DNA of 32,000 nt from Acaryochloris thomasi RCC1774 (GTDB taxonomy: Bacteria > Cyanobacteriota > Cyanobacteriia > Thermosynechococcales > Thermosynechococcaceae). The stretch lies in the NCBI RefSeq assembly GCF_003231495.1, contig NZ_PQWO01000006.1, positions 210,001-242,000 on the forward strand, read 5' to 3'. How positions within the stretch are numbered: the stretch's first letter is position 1; each line of letters opens with the position of its first letter. Below are positions 8,594 through 16,678 of this stretch, one piece after another. The translations under genes and the position numbers were made by a program. The notes below the pieces were generated by a model that saw nothing but the letters and a program-made list of their open reading frames with translations, was not told the origin of the DNA and did not search any database.

Positions 8594-9438
8594 TAATTAC
8601 AGCTACCTTTGAAAGGAAGGCTAGGAGGTAACTTCTTCTGCTGACACAATTTCTTTAGTGTATTGGGACTCATTGTGTGAGCGAGGTAGACCTGCCATTT
8701 GCTGTTGATTAATTTGCGGCGACCATGGGTTACCGGAGGAATAACCTTTCCGACAAGGCTAGGATTACGCTTATCCGCACCAATCCCGTACTGATAATGA
8801 CCACCATTGAGGTTGGCTGACTTGTTCGGGTTAACCTTAGCGGTTCTGGCTGTGCCCCAGACCATGATGTACTTAACATCCTTAGAATTGTGCTGCGCGC
8901 GCCCCTTAGACCATCCATGCGTATGCTGCTTGGGATCTTTCCACGTATAGAGATTGATTCCCGCATTTGCATAGCCACTCGAGCACTTGGCTGCATTCTT
9001 ATTTCGAGCCCGAAGCTTACCAAAGCTAAAAGTGACAGCATTGCAAGGTGGGCCAAAGTTTTTCTCATGCCACTTGCCATTTTTATAAATAGCCATGACA
9101 AGATCACCCATCTGAACACGGGTATTGGCTGGTGCTTTCCCCTTCACTGAGTCAATATGATTCCAGGGGTTGAACTGGCTGTATCCAGGGCCTGGACCTC
9201 TATCTAAGGTGCCCTTCTGGATACTAGGCTTGGGATAGCGTGCAAAGTTCCAGTTAGCCGGTACGCTAGGAATTGGAGAGATTTCATGAGGTTTGGAGAC
9301 GGTGTCTTTCAGCTCCTTCATCGTTACAGAGACGCCTTTCGGTGTCGCTGCAGATGCAACATCTGTTACTGTTGCTTGGGTTATTACAGAGCAGGCTAAA
9401 GCTGCAGCGCCAGAAAGCGCTATTTGCGTTAAACGCAT
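8593..9438 (-). CDS. Secreted (signal-peptide-bearing), strongly basic protein of unknown function
   Basis: The N-terminus MRLTQIALSGAAALACSVITQATVTDVASAA looks like a Sec signal, with either an AXA site or a non-canonical lipobox ALAC. By my manual count there are about 41 K+R against 11 D+E. The mature part has four Cys. I recognise no catalytic motif. GGGGGA lies 9 nt upstream of the ATG. Confidence 0.7.
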   Translation of the reverse strand: MRLTQIALSGAAALACSVITQATVTDVASAATPKGVSVTMKELKDTVSKPHEISPIPSVPANWNFARYPKPSIQKGTLDRGPGPGYSQFNPWNHIDSVKGKAPANTRVQMGDLVMAIYKNGKWHEKNFGPPCNAVTFSFGKLRARNKNAAKCSSGYANAGINLYTWKDPKQHTHGWSKGRAQHNSKDVKYIMVWGTARTAKVNPNKSANLNGGHYQYGIGADKRNPSLVGKVIPPVTHGRRKLINSKWQVYLAHTMSPNTLKKLCQQKKLPPSLPFKGSCN

Positions 9439-9475
9439 GGTGATATTTCCCCCGTATGTTTTAATGTCATTGTCT

Positions 9476-9502
9476 CCAGAGGACTAAGTCCTCTGGTTTT
9501 TT
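9476..9502 (+). terminator. Canonical intrinsic terminator oriented on the + strand (9-bp stem CCAGAGGAC/GTCCTCTGG, loop TAA, then TTTTTT)
   Basis: Read directly from the sequence. The T6 run follows the hairpin only on the + strand. The element lies 38-64 nt upstream of the minus-strand gene's start codon (9438), inside that gene's 5' leader. Confidence 0.5.
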
Positions 9503-10272
9503 AGATGGAGTCACGCTTTGACGGTACTTATGACCAATATGAGCAAGTCTCCTATCTTTTTGTCTAGCAGTTTTTTCTGCAAGAACTTGTTGATATGTAT
9601 CTGATTTTCGCTTGTTTCAGTACTCAACTTTTTGGAAAGATTTTACTGTTTTTGGTGTAACAGATTTTACCTTTGTCAAAAGCTAAATTCAATGCTTTTC
9701 TTGATTGAATGAGTTTCACTGATGGCGCGAAAAGCATTACTACGTAATTGTGCCCACGTGTAATTGAAAGTGATCAATACCTTGCGTAAATTTTCTGGCA
9801 AACTGGCTAGTCAAAGAGTTCTGTCTCAGTAACTCTGGGTAGACGGAGCATCTCAGGCATCTTGGGCAATGCATGGATTTCGACAATTGGTGCTCGACTC
9901 ATGTGATCATGGTTATCCAGACTTTAAGTTGTAGGTGTAAGGATATTTGGCAAGATTGAGTGATTTTTCAGTCCGCCTAAATTATCTTTGTACTAGAAAT
10001 GCAAGTGACAAGATTAGCTGCAACTGTCATTGAACATAAAATCCACTGGCAGACGTTGTTTGGACACAGAGTCTCTAGAGTTGCCAGACTCATCATATGG
10101 GTAACAAACGTTTGTCATTAGATACTCACCCACCGACAGTGACCGTGTACTATCAGTGGAATAGTTTCTTTAGTGCGCGGGGTATGCCTATCCAGGCCTA
10201 CTCTGTTTTCCTGAAAAATGAAGTTAGATTGTGATAGTCTGACTGGCATCGAAGATCCCTGAGGGTAAGCCT

Positions 10273-11334
10273 GTGGCAAAGTTAAACGTTGGACTCTTGT
10301 TTGGGGGCTGTTCAAGAGAGCACGAGGTCTCAATTATCTCTGCACAGGCCATTTACCAGGCACTGCAGGCTCCATCAAATCTGGCTCAGTATAACATCAA
10401 GCCTTTCTACATTACTAAGGTTGGCTCTTGGCATTCTGGTGATGTGGCTGAGCAGGTATTGACAACCGCTAAAGCTGCCCAGCGAGAGGAAAAGCCCAAT
10501 CTCTGGCAGTTCCCGAGCGATACATCTGAGGTAGACGTGTGGTTCCCAATTTTACACGGTCCTAATGGTGAAGATGGGACCATACAGGGACTGATGCAGC
10601 TGATGCAGGTTCCCTACGTTGGCTCTGGAGTCCTTTGCTCAGCCGCGTCGATGGATAAGATTGCTATGAAAACGGTGTTTGCAGCTGCGGGCTTGCCGCA
10701 GGTTAAGTACGAGGCTGTGACGCGTGCTCAAGTTTGGTCCGATCCCTGTGTGTATACTAAGCTTTGCGATCATTTAGAGGCAGAGTTTGAGTATCCCTGT
10801 TTTGTGAAGCCTGCCAATCTGGGATCATCGGTGGGGGTCTCAAAGGTCCGATCTCGCTCTGAGCTAGAAGCAGCCCTAGACAGTGCCGCAGCATACGATA
10901 GTCGTATTATTGTTGAAGCGGGTGTCGTTGCCCGTGAAGTCGAATGTGCGGTGCTGGGCAACGACAAGCCAAAAGCCTCAGTGATCGGTGAAATAACCTT
11001 TGATAGCGACTTCTATGATTACGAGACGAAATATACAGAGGGTAAAGCTGACCTATATATTCCTGCAAAGCTGCCAGATAAAATCTCTCAACTTATTCAA
11101 GAACGTGCTATTCAAGCATTTCAGGCTGTTGATGCCTCTGGTTTAGGTCGCATTGACTTCTTTTATATAGAATCGACGGGTGAAGTCCTCATTAATGAAA
11201 TCAACACCCTGCCTGGCTTCACCACAACAAGCATGTATCCGCAACTCTGGCAAAAAACAGGTGTCGAATTTCCAGCTCTCGTGGAGAAGCTGATTACGCT
11301 GGCTTGTGAAAAGGCAAAGGCCTCAAAACTTTGA
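10273..11334 (+). CDS. ddl: D-alanine--D-alanine ligase
   Basis: [64 protein letters not shown] and [11 protein letters not shown] are classic Ddl/ATP-grasp blocks. GTG start. Confidence 0.9.
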   Translation: MAKLNVGLLFGGCSREHEVSIISAQAIYQALQAPSNLAQYNIKPFYITKVGSWHSGDVAEQVLTTAKAAQREEKPNLWQFPSDTSEVDVWFPILHGPNGEDGTIQGLMQLMQVPYVGSGVLCSAASMDKIAMKTVFAAAGLPQVKYEAVTRAQVWSDPCVYTKLCDHLEAEFEYPCFVKPANLGSSVGVSKVRSRSELEAALDSAAAYDSRIIVEAGVVAREVECAVLGNDKPKASVIGEITFDSDFYDYETKYTEGKADLYIPAKLPDKISQLIQERAIQAFQAVDASGLGRIDFFYIESTGEVLINEINTLPGFTTTSMYPQLWQKTGVEFPALVEKLITLACEKAKASKL

Positions 11335-11340
11335 GGCCTT
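11317..11340. terminator. Hairpin overlapping the ddl stop codon (AAGGCCTCA/TGAGGCCTT), possibly shared with the convergent small ORF
   Basis: Perfect 9-11 bp inverted repeat. A T6 run follows 14 nt downstream on the + strand, with the matching A-run on the other side for the minus strand. Confidence 0.4.
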
Positions 11341-11539
11341 CAAGCATACATTCTTTTTTGTTAGCAGAGCGCTTTAATCTATCTTCGAGAGGTGCTTGTT
11401 TCAGCCCGTAACATAGTGAGCAGCTATGCAAGCTATCTCTGTCTTTATCAAACGTGCTGGCTGATTGCAATTATTGCTAACGAGTCCAAACGCGTTAGCG
11501 AGAAGCGATTGAGACTGTTATACCCCCCCTAGCTGAAAT

Positions 11540-11689
11540 CTAGATTTTGATGCTGGCTAACAGACCAAAACCCTGATCCGGTGCAAGAAATTGACCGACT
11601 TTGACTGCATCTTCAAAGTTGACCTGAGTCAACTCTTCAATGGAGCCGTGAGTAATTAATTTGGGGGCTTCCCAAGACTTCTTAAGCAT
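11540..11689 (-). CDS. Unannotated 49-aa ORF (below the track threshold): MLKKSWEAPKLITHGSIEELTQVNFEDAVKVGQFLAPDQGFGLLASIKI. Candidate RiPP-precursor-like small protein.
   Basis: Translated manually codon by codon. ATG at 11689-11687, TAG at 11542-11540. GGAG sits 9 nt upstream of the ATG, and a sigma70-like promoter lies upstream. The N-terminal 22 aa match the lasso-type leader motif in register (see findings). Confidence 0.4.
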   Translation of the reverse strand: MLKKSWEAPKLITHGSIEELTQVNFEDAVKVGQFLAPDQGFGLLASIKI

Positions 11690-11724
11690 GCCTGTGCGCT
11701 CCGAAGAAAATAGGTTGTTCGACG

Positions 11725-11752
11725 ATTATAAGCCATAAAGCAAAAATGTCAC
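11725..11752 (-). promoter_or_regulatory. Putative sigma70-type promoter for the 49-aa ORF: -35 GTGACA, 16-nt spacer, -10 TATAAT
   Basis: On the minus strand, TATAAT is the complement of 11725-11730 and GTGACA is the complement of 11747-11752. This would give a leader of roughly 30 nt. Confidence 0.35.
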
Positions 11753-12097
11753 ACAACTGCTAGCAAACGCAGTAGATTACAAAGCATCTTTTACTATGAC
11801 AAGTTGATTCTAGGCTAAGGTGAGACAATCATTGCTTAAGTTATGTTTAATTTCTTGTCTGTTGCGATTCTTCTGGCCCAGATTGCTTTGGCAGAGCACT
11901 GATGATTCCCCTGCCTGACAGCAACCGTTCTGTACGGTTCACTATAATCGGGGAATATGGGAGCACAGTTCTTTGTTCAGTTGCAGGAAGACAGGATGTT
12001 AAGTCCTGGTTTGTCTTATGGTCTACTTACTTTCAACTTTAGTTTTTTGCTTCTGAACTAATTCAATCAGGTTCCTCTACATATTGCCTGCGCGTTT

Positions 12098-14446
12098 ATG
12101 AAACCGTTTCGCTTCCAGAAGCTCGACTTTATCCACTGGTGGTCAGCAACCTCGAACTCAGCATCGAAGGAGTCGGCCTGCGTCCGTCAGTCCGCGAAGA
12201 CGAGGTCGCCGATTCTGTTGATTACTATTTCAATTGCTGCATTGACGGGCACAATTGGGCATCGCTTTTATAATGAGCCAAAGCTGGCGATTGGAACTCC
12301 AGCGCCTCAGACCATTCGCGCTCCTGCTGATGCGACGGTTGAGGATCAGCTGGCAACAGAAGCTGCACGGAAGGAAGCTAGCCAAAGTTCCTTAAGTATT
12401 TTCATGGTCAATCAGGCACAGACTCGGCAGATTAAGGCTAATTTTAAGCGCACCTTGGCTGAGGTTCAGAAAACGCGACAGGCAGCAGGACCTTTGCCCT
12501 ATGTGGATCCTGGTGTTCTATCGACTTCTGTGCAGGTTTATTTGCGACGCATGGATAGCACTGATTTTCAGGCTTTACGGAAAGAGCTTGATCGTCGCCC
12601 CCCTCAACGCCCTGAACAGCCTTCTTTAGAGGCTCAGAAGGCCTGGGAGCAGCTTTTAGATTACCGAGATCAGGATTCAGAGGATTTATCTTGGTCACAA
12701 TTGATGCAACGCTTATCACAGGCGCAGCGGCGATATCAGACGGCAGTTCGAGAGAGTCGTTTGCCGGCTTCTGAGATTCATCTGATTCTGTCGCCCGTGG
12801 ATCAAGTTTGGAAGGATGCTCCTCAGCAGCTCACGGCTGTGCAAGACCGCATGCTGGCTCAGGGCATTCCGCCGGGGTTGCCGCCGCAGGTATTGCGGCA
12901 GGCCATTCAGCTGAACTTAGCGGACTTGAATCCTGATATTCAGGCGGCTGGGATGCCTTTACTGCGGTCTCTGCTTATGCCCAACCTAAGTATTGATCCA
13001 GCCGGGACACTGCGACAGCGCGAGCAGGCTGCTCAGACGGTTCAGCCTGTGACGGTTAGCGTCACCGAGGGAGAAACGATTGTCACCGCAGGTGCCCCCA
13101 TTACCCAGGCGAACTTTGTGCTGTTGGACCACTTTGGCCTCAGCAAACGCGGAATCAACGGAGGGGGGTTGGCTCTCATGGTGACGCTGGTGAGCGGTGC
13201 GATCGCAATTTTCTGGCTTATTCAAACTCGAGTGCGTCCTTCCCTGTCACGGCGCGATTACATCTTGATTTTGCTACTGTCTTTGACAGTACCCCTGATT
13301 CCCTGGGCCTTTGAGCTGAGCTATGCGAGTTTGCCTGCTGTGGGACTGCTGGTGGGTAGCTTCTACGGGTCGATTCTGGGGGCGACGGTCATTATTCTGC
13401 TGACGGCCCTTATGCCCTTGGGGCTAGGCGGTGGATTATCGACTCTACTTGCGATCGCAGCCGGTAGCTTAGTGGGCAGCATTTTTGCTTCTCGACCCCG
13501 TGCCCGCGAGGAGTTAGCGCTTTTAGGCCTTGTCGTTGCCGTTACCCAGGGTCTGACAGCCTTTGTTTTATTGACGGCTACAGGTGTGGCTCTTGCTAGC
13601 GCCCTCGGAACCGCTGCTCTTCAAGGTCTGATTGGTATGGGTTGGAGTGTGATCGCCCTAGGCGTCAGCCCCTATCTAGAGAACCTCTTTGATTTGGTGA
13701 CGCCCATTCGGCTAGCAGAACTAGCCAATCCCAACCGTCCTCTGCTCAAGCGTCTCGCTCAAGAAGCGCCAGGGACTTTTCAGCACACCTTATTCGTTGC
13801 GACGTTAGCTGAAGCAGGAGCCCGCGCCCTAGGCGGGAATGTGGAGCTGGTGCGAACAGGGACTTTGTACCATGACATTGGCAAAATGCATGATGCTCAG
13901 GCCTTTATTGAAAACCAGATGCAGGGCAAGAATCTCCATGAGCAGCTTAATGATCCCTGGCAAAGTGCTGACATTATCATTAAGCATGTGACTGAAGGGC
14001 TGGTGATGGCCCGCAGATGCCGCTTGCCGAAAGCCGTTCGGGCCTTTATCCCTGAGCATCAGGGCACGATGGCAGTGGCTTACTTTCATCATCAAGCCCA
14101 AGAGATCGTTGCCAACGATCCGGAGCGGGAAGCCGTCAATGAAGCAGACTTTCGCTATGCCGGTCCTATTCCTCAATCTCGGGAAACAGGGATTGTAATG
14201 CTGGCGGACTCCTGTGAAGCAGCGCTGCGGTCTCTCAAGGACGCCACGCCTGATACAGCAAAACAGACCGTCAACAAGATTTTCAAGGCACGCTGGCAGG
14301 ATGAGCAGCTTGTGGACTCGCAGTTGACGCGTGAAAATTTGAACACTTTACTGGATGTTTTTATTGATGTCTGGATGCAGTTTCATCACAAGCGGATTCC
14401 CTACCCGATGAGTAATCTACCCACCATCGGACGACAAAATATGTAA
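12098..14446 (+). CDS. 7TM receptor with intracellular HD/HDIG phosphohydrolase domain (PgpH/YqfF family, c-di-AMP phosphodiesterase-like)
   Basis: Long N-terminal extracytoplasmic region, a central block of about 7 hydrophobic helices (aa ~355-530), and a C-terminal HD domain with FQHTLFVATLAE...GTLYHDIGK...IIKHV...LADSCEAALRS. Confidence 0.85.
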   Translation: MKPFRFQKLDFIHWWSATSNSASKESACVRQSAKTRSPILLITISIAALTGTIGHRFYNEPKLAIGTPAPQTIRAPADATVEDQLATEAARKEASQSSLSIFMVNQAQTRQIKANFKRTLAEVQKTRQAAGPLPYVDPGVLSTSVQVYLRRMDSTDFQALRKELDRRPPQRPEQPSLEAQKAWEQLLDYRDQDSEDLSWSQLMQRLSQAQRRYQTAVRESRLPASEIHLILSPVDQVWKDAPQQLTAVQDRMLAQGIPPGLPPQVLRQAIQLNLADLNPDIQAAGMPLLRSLLMPNLSIDPAGTLRQREQAAQTVQPVTVSVTEGETIVTAGAPITQANFVLLDHFGLSKRGINGGGLALMVTLVSGAIAIFWLIQTRVRPSLSRRDYILILLLSLTVPLIPWAFELSYASLPAVGLLVGSFYGSILGATVIILLTALMPLGLGGGLSTLLAIAAGSLVGSIFASRPRAREELALLGLVVAVTQGLTAFVLLTATGVALASALGTAALQGLIGMGWSVIALGVSPYLENLFDLVTPIRLAELANPNRPLLKRLAQEAPGTFQHTLFVATLAEAGARALGGNVELVRTGTLYHDIGKMHDAQAFIENQMQGKNLHEQLNDPWQSADIIIKHVTEGLVMARRCRLPKAVRAFIPEHQGTMAVAYFHHQAQEIVANDPEREAVNEADFRYAGPIPQSRETGIVMLADSCEAALRSLKDATPDTAKQTVNKIFKARWQDEQLVDSQLTRENLNTLLDVFIDVWMQFHHKRIPYPMSNLPTIGRQNM

Positions 14447-14514
14447 CACTACCCTCTGGGTCGTTTGGGTTCATCCCATCGAGGGCCAGTTCGCAATCAT
14501 AGGAAAGATTGATT

Positions 14515-14958
14515 ATGACTTTAGCCGTCGGCGCAACTGCTCCAGCATTTAGCGCCCAAGATACGCAGGGTAATTCGATTTCACTCTCAGATTTAGCTGG
14601 TCAAACGGTGATTCTATACTTCTACCCCAAGGATGATACGTCCGGCTGTACAAAGGAAGCATGCAGCTTCCGTGATAGCTATGCAGCCTATCAGGGTAAA
14701 GATATTGTCGTGCTGGGCGTGAGTGCTGATGATCAAGCATCACATCAGCAGTTTACGCAAAAGTTCAACCTTCCGTTTCCGCTACTGGTGGATACTGACT
14801 TCTCGATTATCAAAGCCTATGACGTTGATGCCGGTGGGCGGGCTAAGCGCGTAACCTATGTCATTAATCCTCAAGGTCAAATTCATCGTGTCTATGAAAG
14901 CGTGAAGACCGAGACCCATGCGACCGATATTTTGAGTGATCTTGGTCTAGGTCTGTAG
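14515..14958 (+). CDS. Peroxiredoxin, BCP/PrxQ type
   Basis: FYPKDDTSGCTKEACSFRD contains the peroxidatic and resolving Cys spacing (C-x4-C) of BCP/PrxQ. AGGAAAG lies upstream of ATG 14515. The track starts at TTG 14509. Confidence 0.9.
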   Translation: MTLAVGATAPAFSAQDTQGNSISLSDLAGQTVILYFYPKDDTSGCTKEACSFRDSYAAYQGKDIVVLGVSADDQASHQQFTQKFNLPFPLLVDTDFSIIKAYDVDAGGRAKRVTYVINPQGQIHRVYESVKTETHATDILSDLGLGL

Positions 14959-14989
14959 CCTGAAGCAGGGCCGAAAGCTCAGAGCAGCC

Positions 14990-15709
14990 TTAGTGGTTTT
15001 TTAGGCGATTCGTCGCCGGGTCAAAGATATAGCGTCGCTTGAGGTCAGCCTTGCCGTATACGTTGAACGTATAGGTCGGTTTCTGACTGTGCGGAGCGCT
15101 GAGTTGCTCGACGCTGTGAATAGCATCGGGCATCAACCCTAATATATTTCCAGGTTTGAGAGTGTGCTGCTCTGCCGGCTGAAGCTGAGCATAATCTGGC
15201 TGACGACCATCATCTTGGCGGTGCCAGAACTGATTTCTTTCGTGTCCGCAGGTGGCATCTCCGATGATGGCGACGATGCTCCAGGCGGCATGGTTATGAA
15301 CAGGGGATTTGATTCCCGGTAGCCAAGAGACAAGCTTGATTGTAAAAGGATAGCCCGGTTCTCGATAGAGGCGCTGAATGGCTAAACCTTTGTTGGGTTC
15401 GGGTTCGGGACAAGAGGGCATAATCCAGTGGGCTTGGGCCAGGAGCCGTTGGACTAGAAGGGCGGCAATACGGATGCGATCGCAATCGTCTGAGACTGTT
15501 TCCACTAGATCTTCAAGATCACACAGAAACCGACAAAAGCGGTAAGGATCCCGCTGCGGGAAATGCTCGATGTTTTGAGACGGGGGCTGCATCGGTCTGC
15601 AGATGCCACTCTTCCCAACCTCTAAGAGGGCCGAACTGGGCATATGGGAATGATCCATCAAAGGTCTTCCATGGTAAATCGGCACATCTAGATTAACCCA
15701 CCCGTCCAT
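14990..15709 (-). CDS. Cupin-fold protein, cysteine-dioxygenase-type-I-like (COG5553-like)
   Basis: SPVHNHAAWSIVAIIGDATCGHE...PDAIHSV gives the H-x-H...H metal-ligand pattern of a cupin. The start is uncertain, and an internal Met (MQPPSQ..., 15592) is equally plausible. Confidence 0.5.
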   Translation of the reverse strand: MDGWVNLDVPIYHGRPLMDHSHMPSSALLEVGKSGICRPMQPPSQNIEHFPQRDPYRFCRFLCDLEDLVETVSDDCDRIRIAALLVQRLLAQAHWIMPSCPEPEPNKGLAIQRLYREPGYPFTIKLVSWLPGIKSPVHNHAAWSIVAIIGDATCGHERNQFWHRQDDGRQPDYAQLQPAEQHTLKPGNILGLMPDAIHSVEQLSAPHSQKPTYTFNVYGKADLKRRYIFDPATNRLKNH

Positions 15710-16678
15710 TTTGCGCTGAACGCTAGCCTATCGCTACATCAAGCAACAGATTGAGGCAGATGCTATCGGTAACTATGGCGTTCTATATTTACCCGTAATA
15801 AGATCTCTGGAGAATAAAATACTAAATTGATGTCAGATGATGAAAATCCATGGGTATTTTAGATATAGATGTGTACGTCATTTTGTGATTTCAATACTTC
15901 TAACAGAACCGATACAAGAAGTGTAGAAATGGGTATAACAGCTGAGCTGTTTGCTTGAAAAATATCTCAAATATGACAATGAGTGTGTTTCCAGTTCTCA
16001 AAGGCCTAGTCATAGGCTGCATATCACAGCAGATAGTAGAGTCTCTCAATAAGGTCAGTCTTTACTATTTCAAGAATTAGATTAACTTGTCTACATGTGA
16101 CTCTCATCGCTCATCCTGTGCGGCTTTAGAAGTAGCTGTGCAATCTTGATGACCTTAGAAGAGTTCTTATTCATAAACCGGGGGGTTCAATGTATTACTT
16201 AAGCTTTTCCAGACTCCAAAACGGCTGCAGGGTAAAACCGCGTGGAGCCTTGGTCTCAAAATTTTTTAGTGGCAACCAGTCGGTCTTCCGTACTTCCTAC
16301 TCACTAGGTTGCCGCCTTATTTGATTCTCTAATCTCAAAAGTCTAACTTCCATCTTCTGTAACAGCTCTATCTTGATTCTCTATGGATAGATCGCAATAA
16401 AGTCGTTCGGCTTAAACCTTATTTGTTTGAGTTCTCTGTTTGTTGTGACTCTATCTTTGTCTGGCACGAATGAATGGAATCAAAAGAGCTGTTTTCAATG
16501 GTTGATAGGCTCAAGAATTCTAGAGGGCGTGAATGTTTTTCACCTCTAGATTTACTTTGGCTTGGGTCAACTACGAAGAAAAAGACTATGTCTCAGGTAA
16601 CGAAGCTGGGCACGCCGTAATTCTAAATATTCGCCAGATCGACACAAAAAACTAACCTTAAATAGGACAAAAATAACG

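Noticed and set aside
9293-9487. A 64-aa + strand ORF ending inside the 9476-9502 hairpin, which could have explained the + strand terminator.
   Set aside because: It lies entirely antisense to the signal-peptide-coding 5' end of the 8593..9438 gene, has no SD sequence, and its sequence simply mirrors the Ala/Thr/Val-rich signal peptide.
10118-10333. A 71-aa minus-strand ORF overlapping the ddl start.
   Set aside because: No motif and an arbitrary composition. It overlaps a confidently called gene and the ddl promoter region.
11540-11689. Calling the 49-aa ORF a lasso peptide biosynthetic locus.
   Set aside because: Only the leader motif matches. The putative core lacks the position-1 and Asp/Glu 7-9 requirements, and no cyclase, protease or RRE genes are in the window. 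It is reported only as an orphan RiPP-leader-like ORF.
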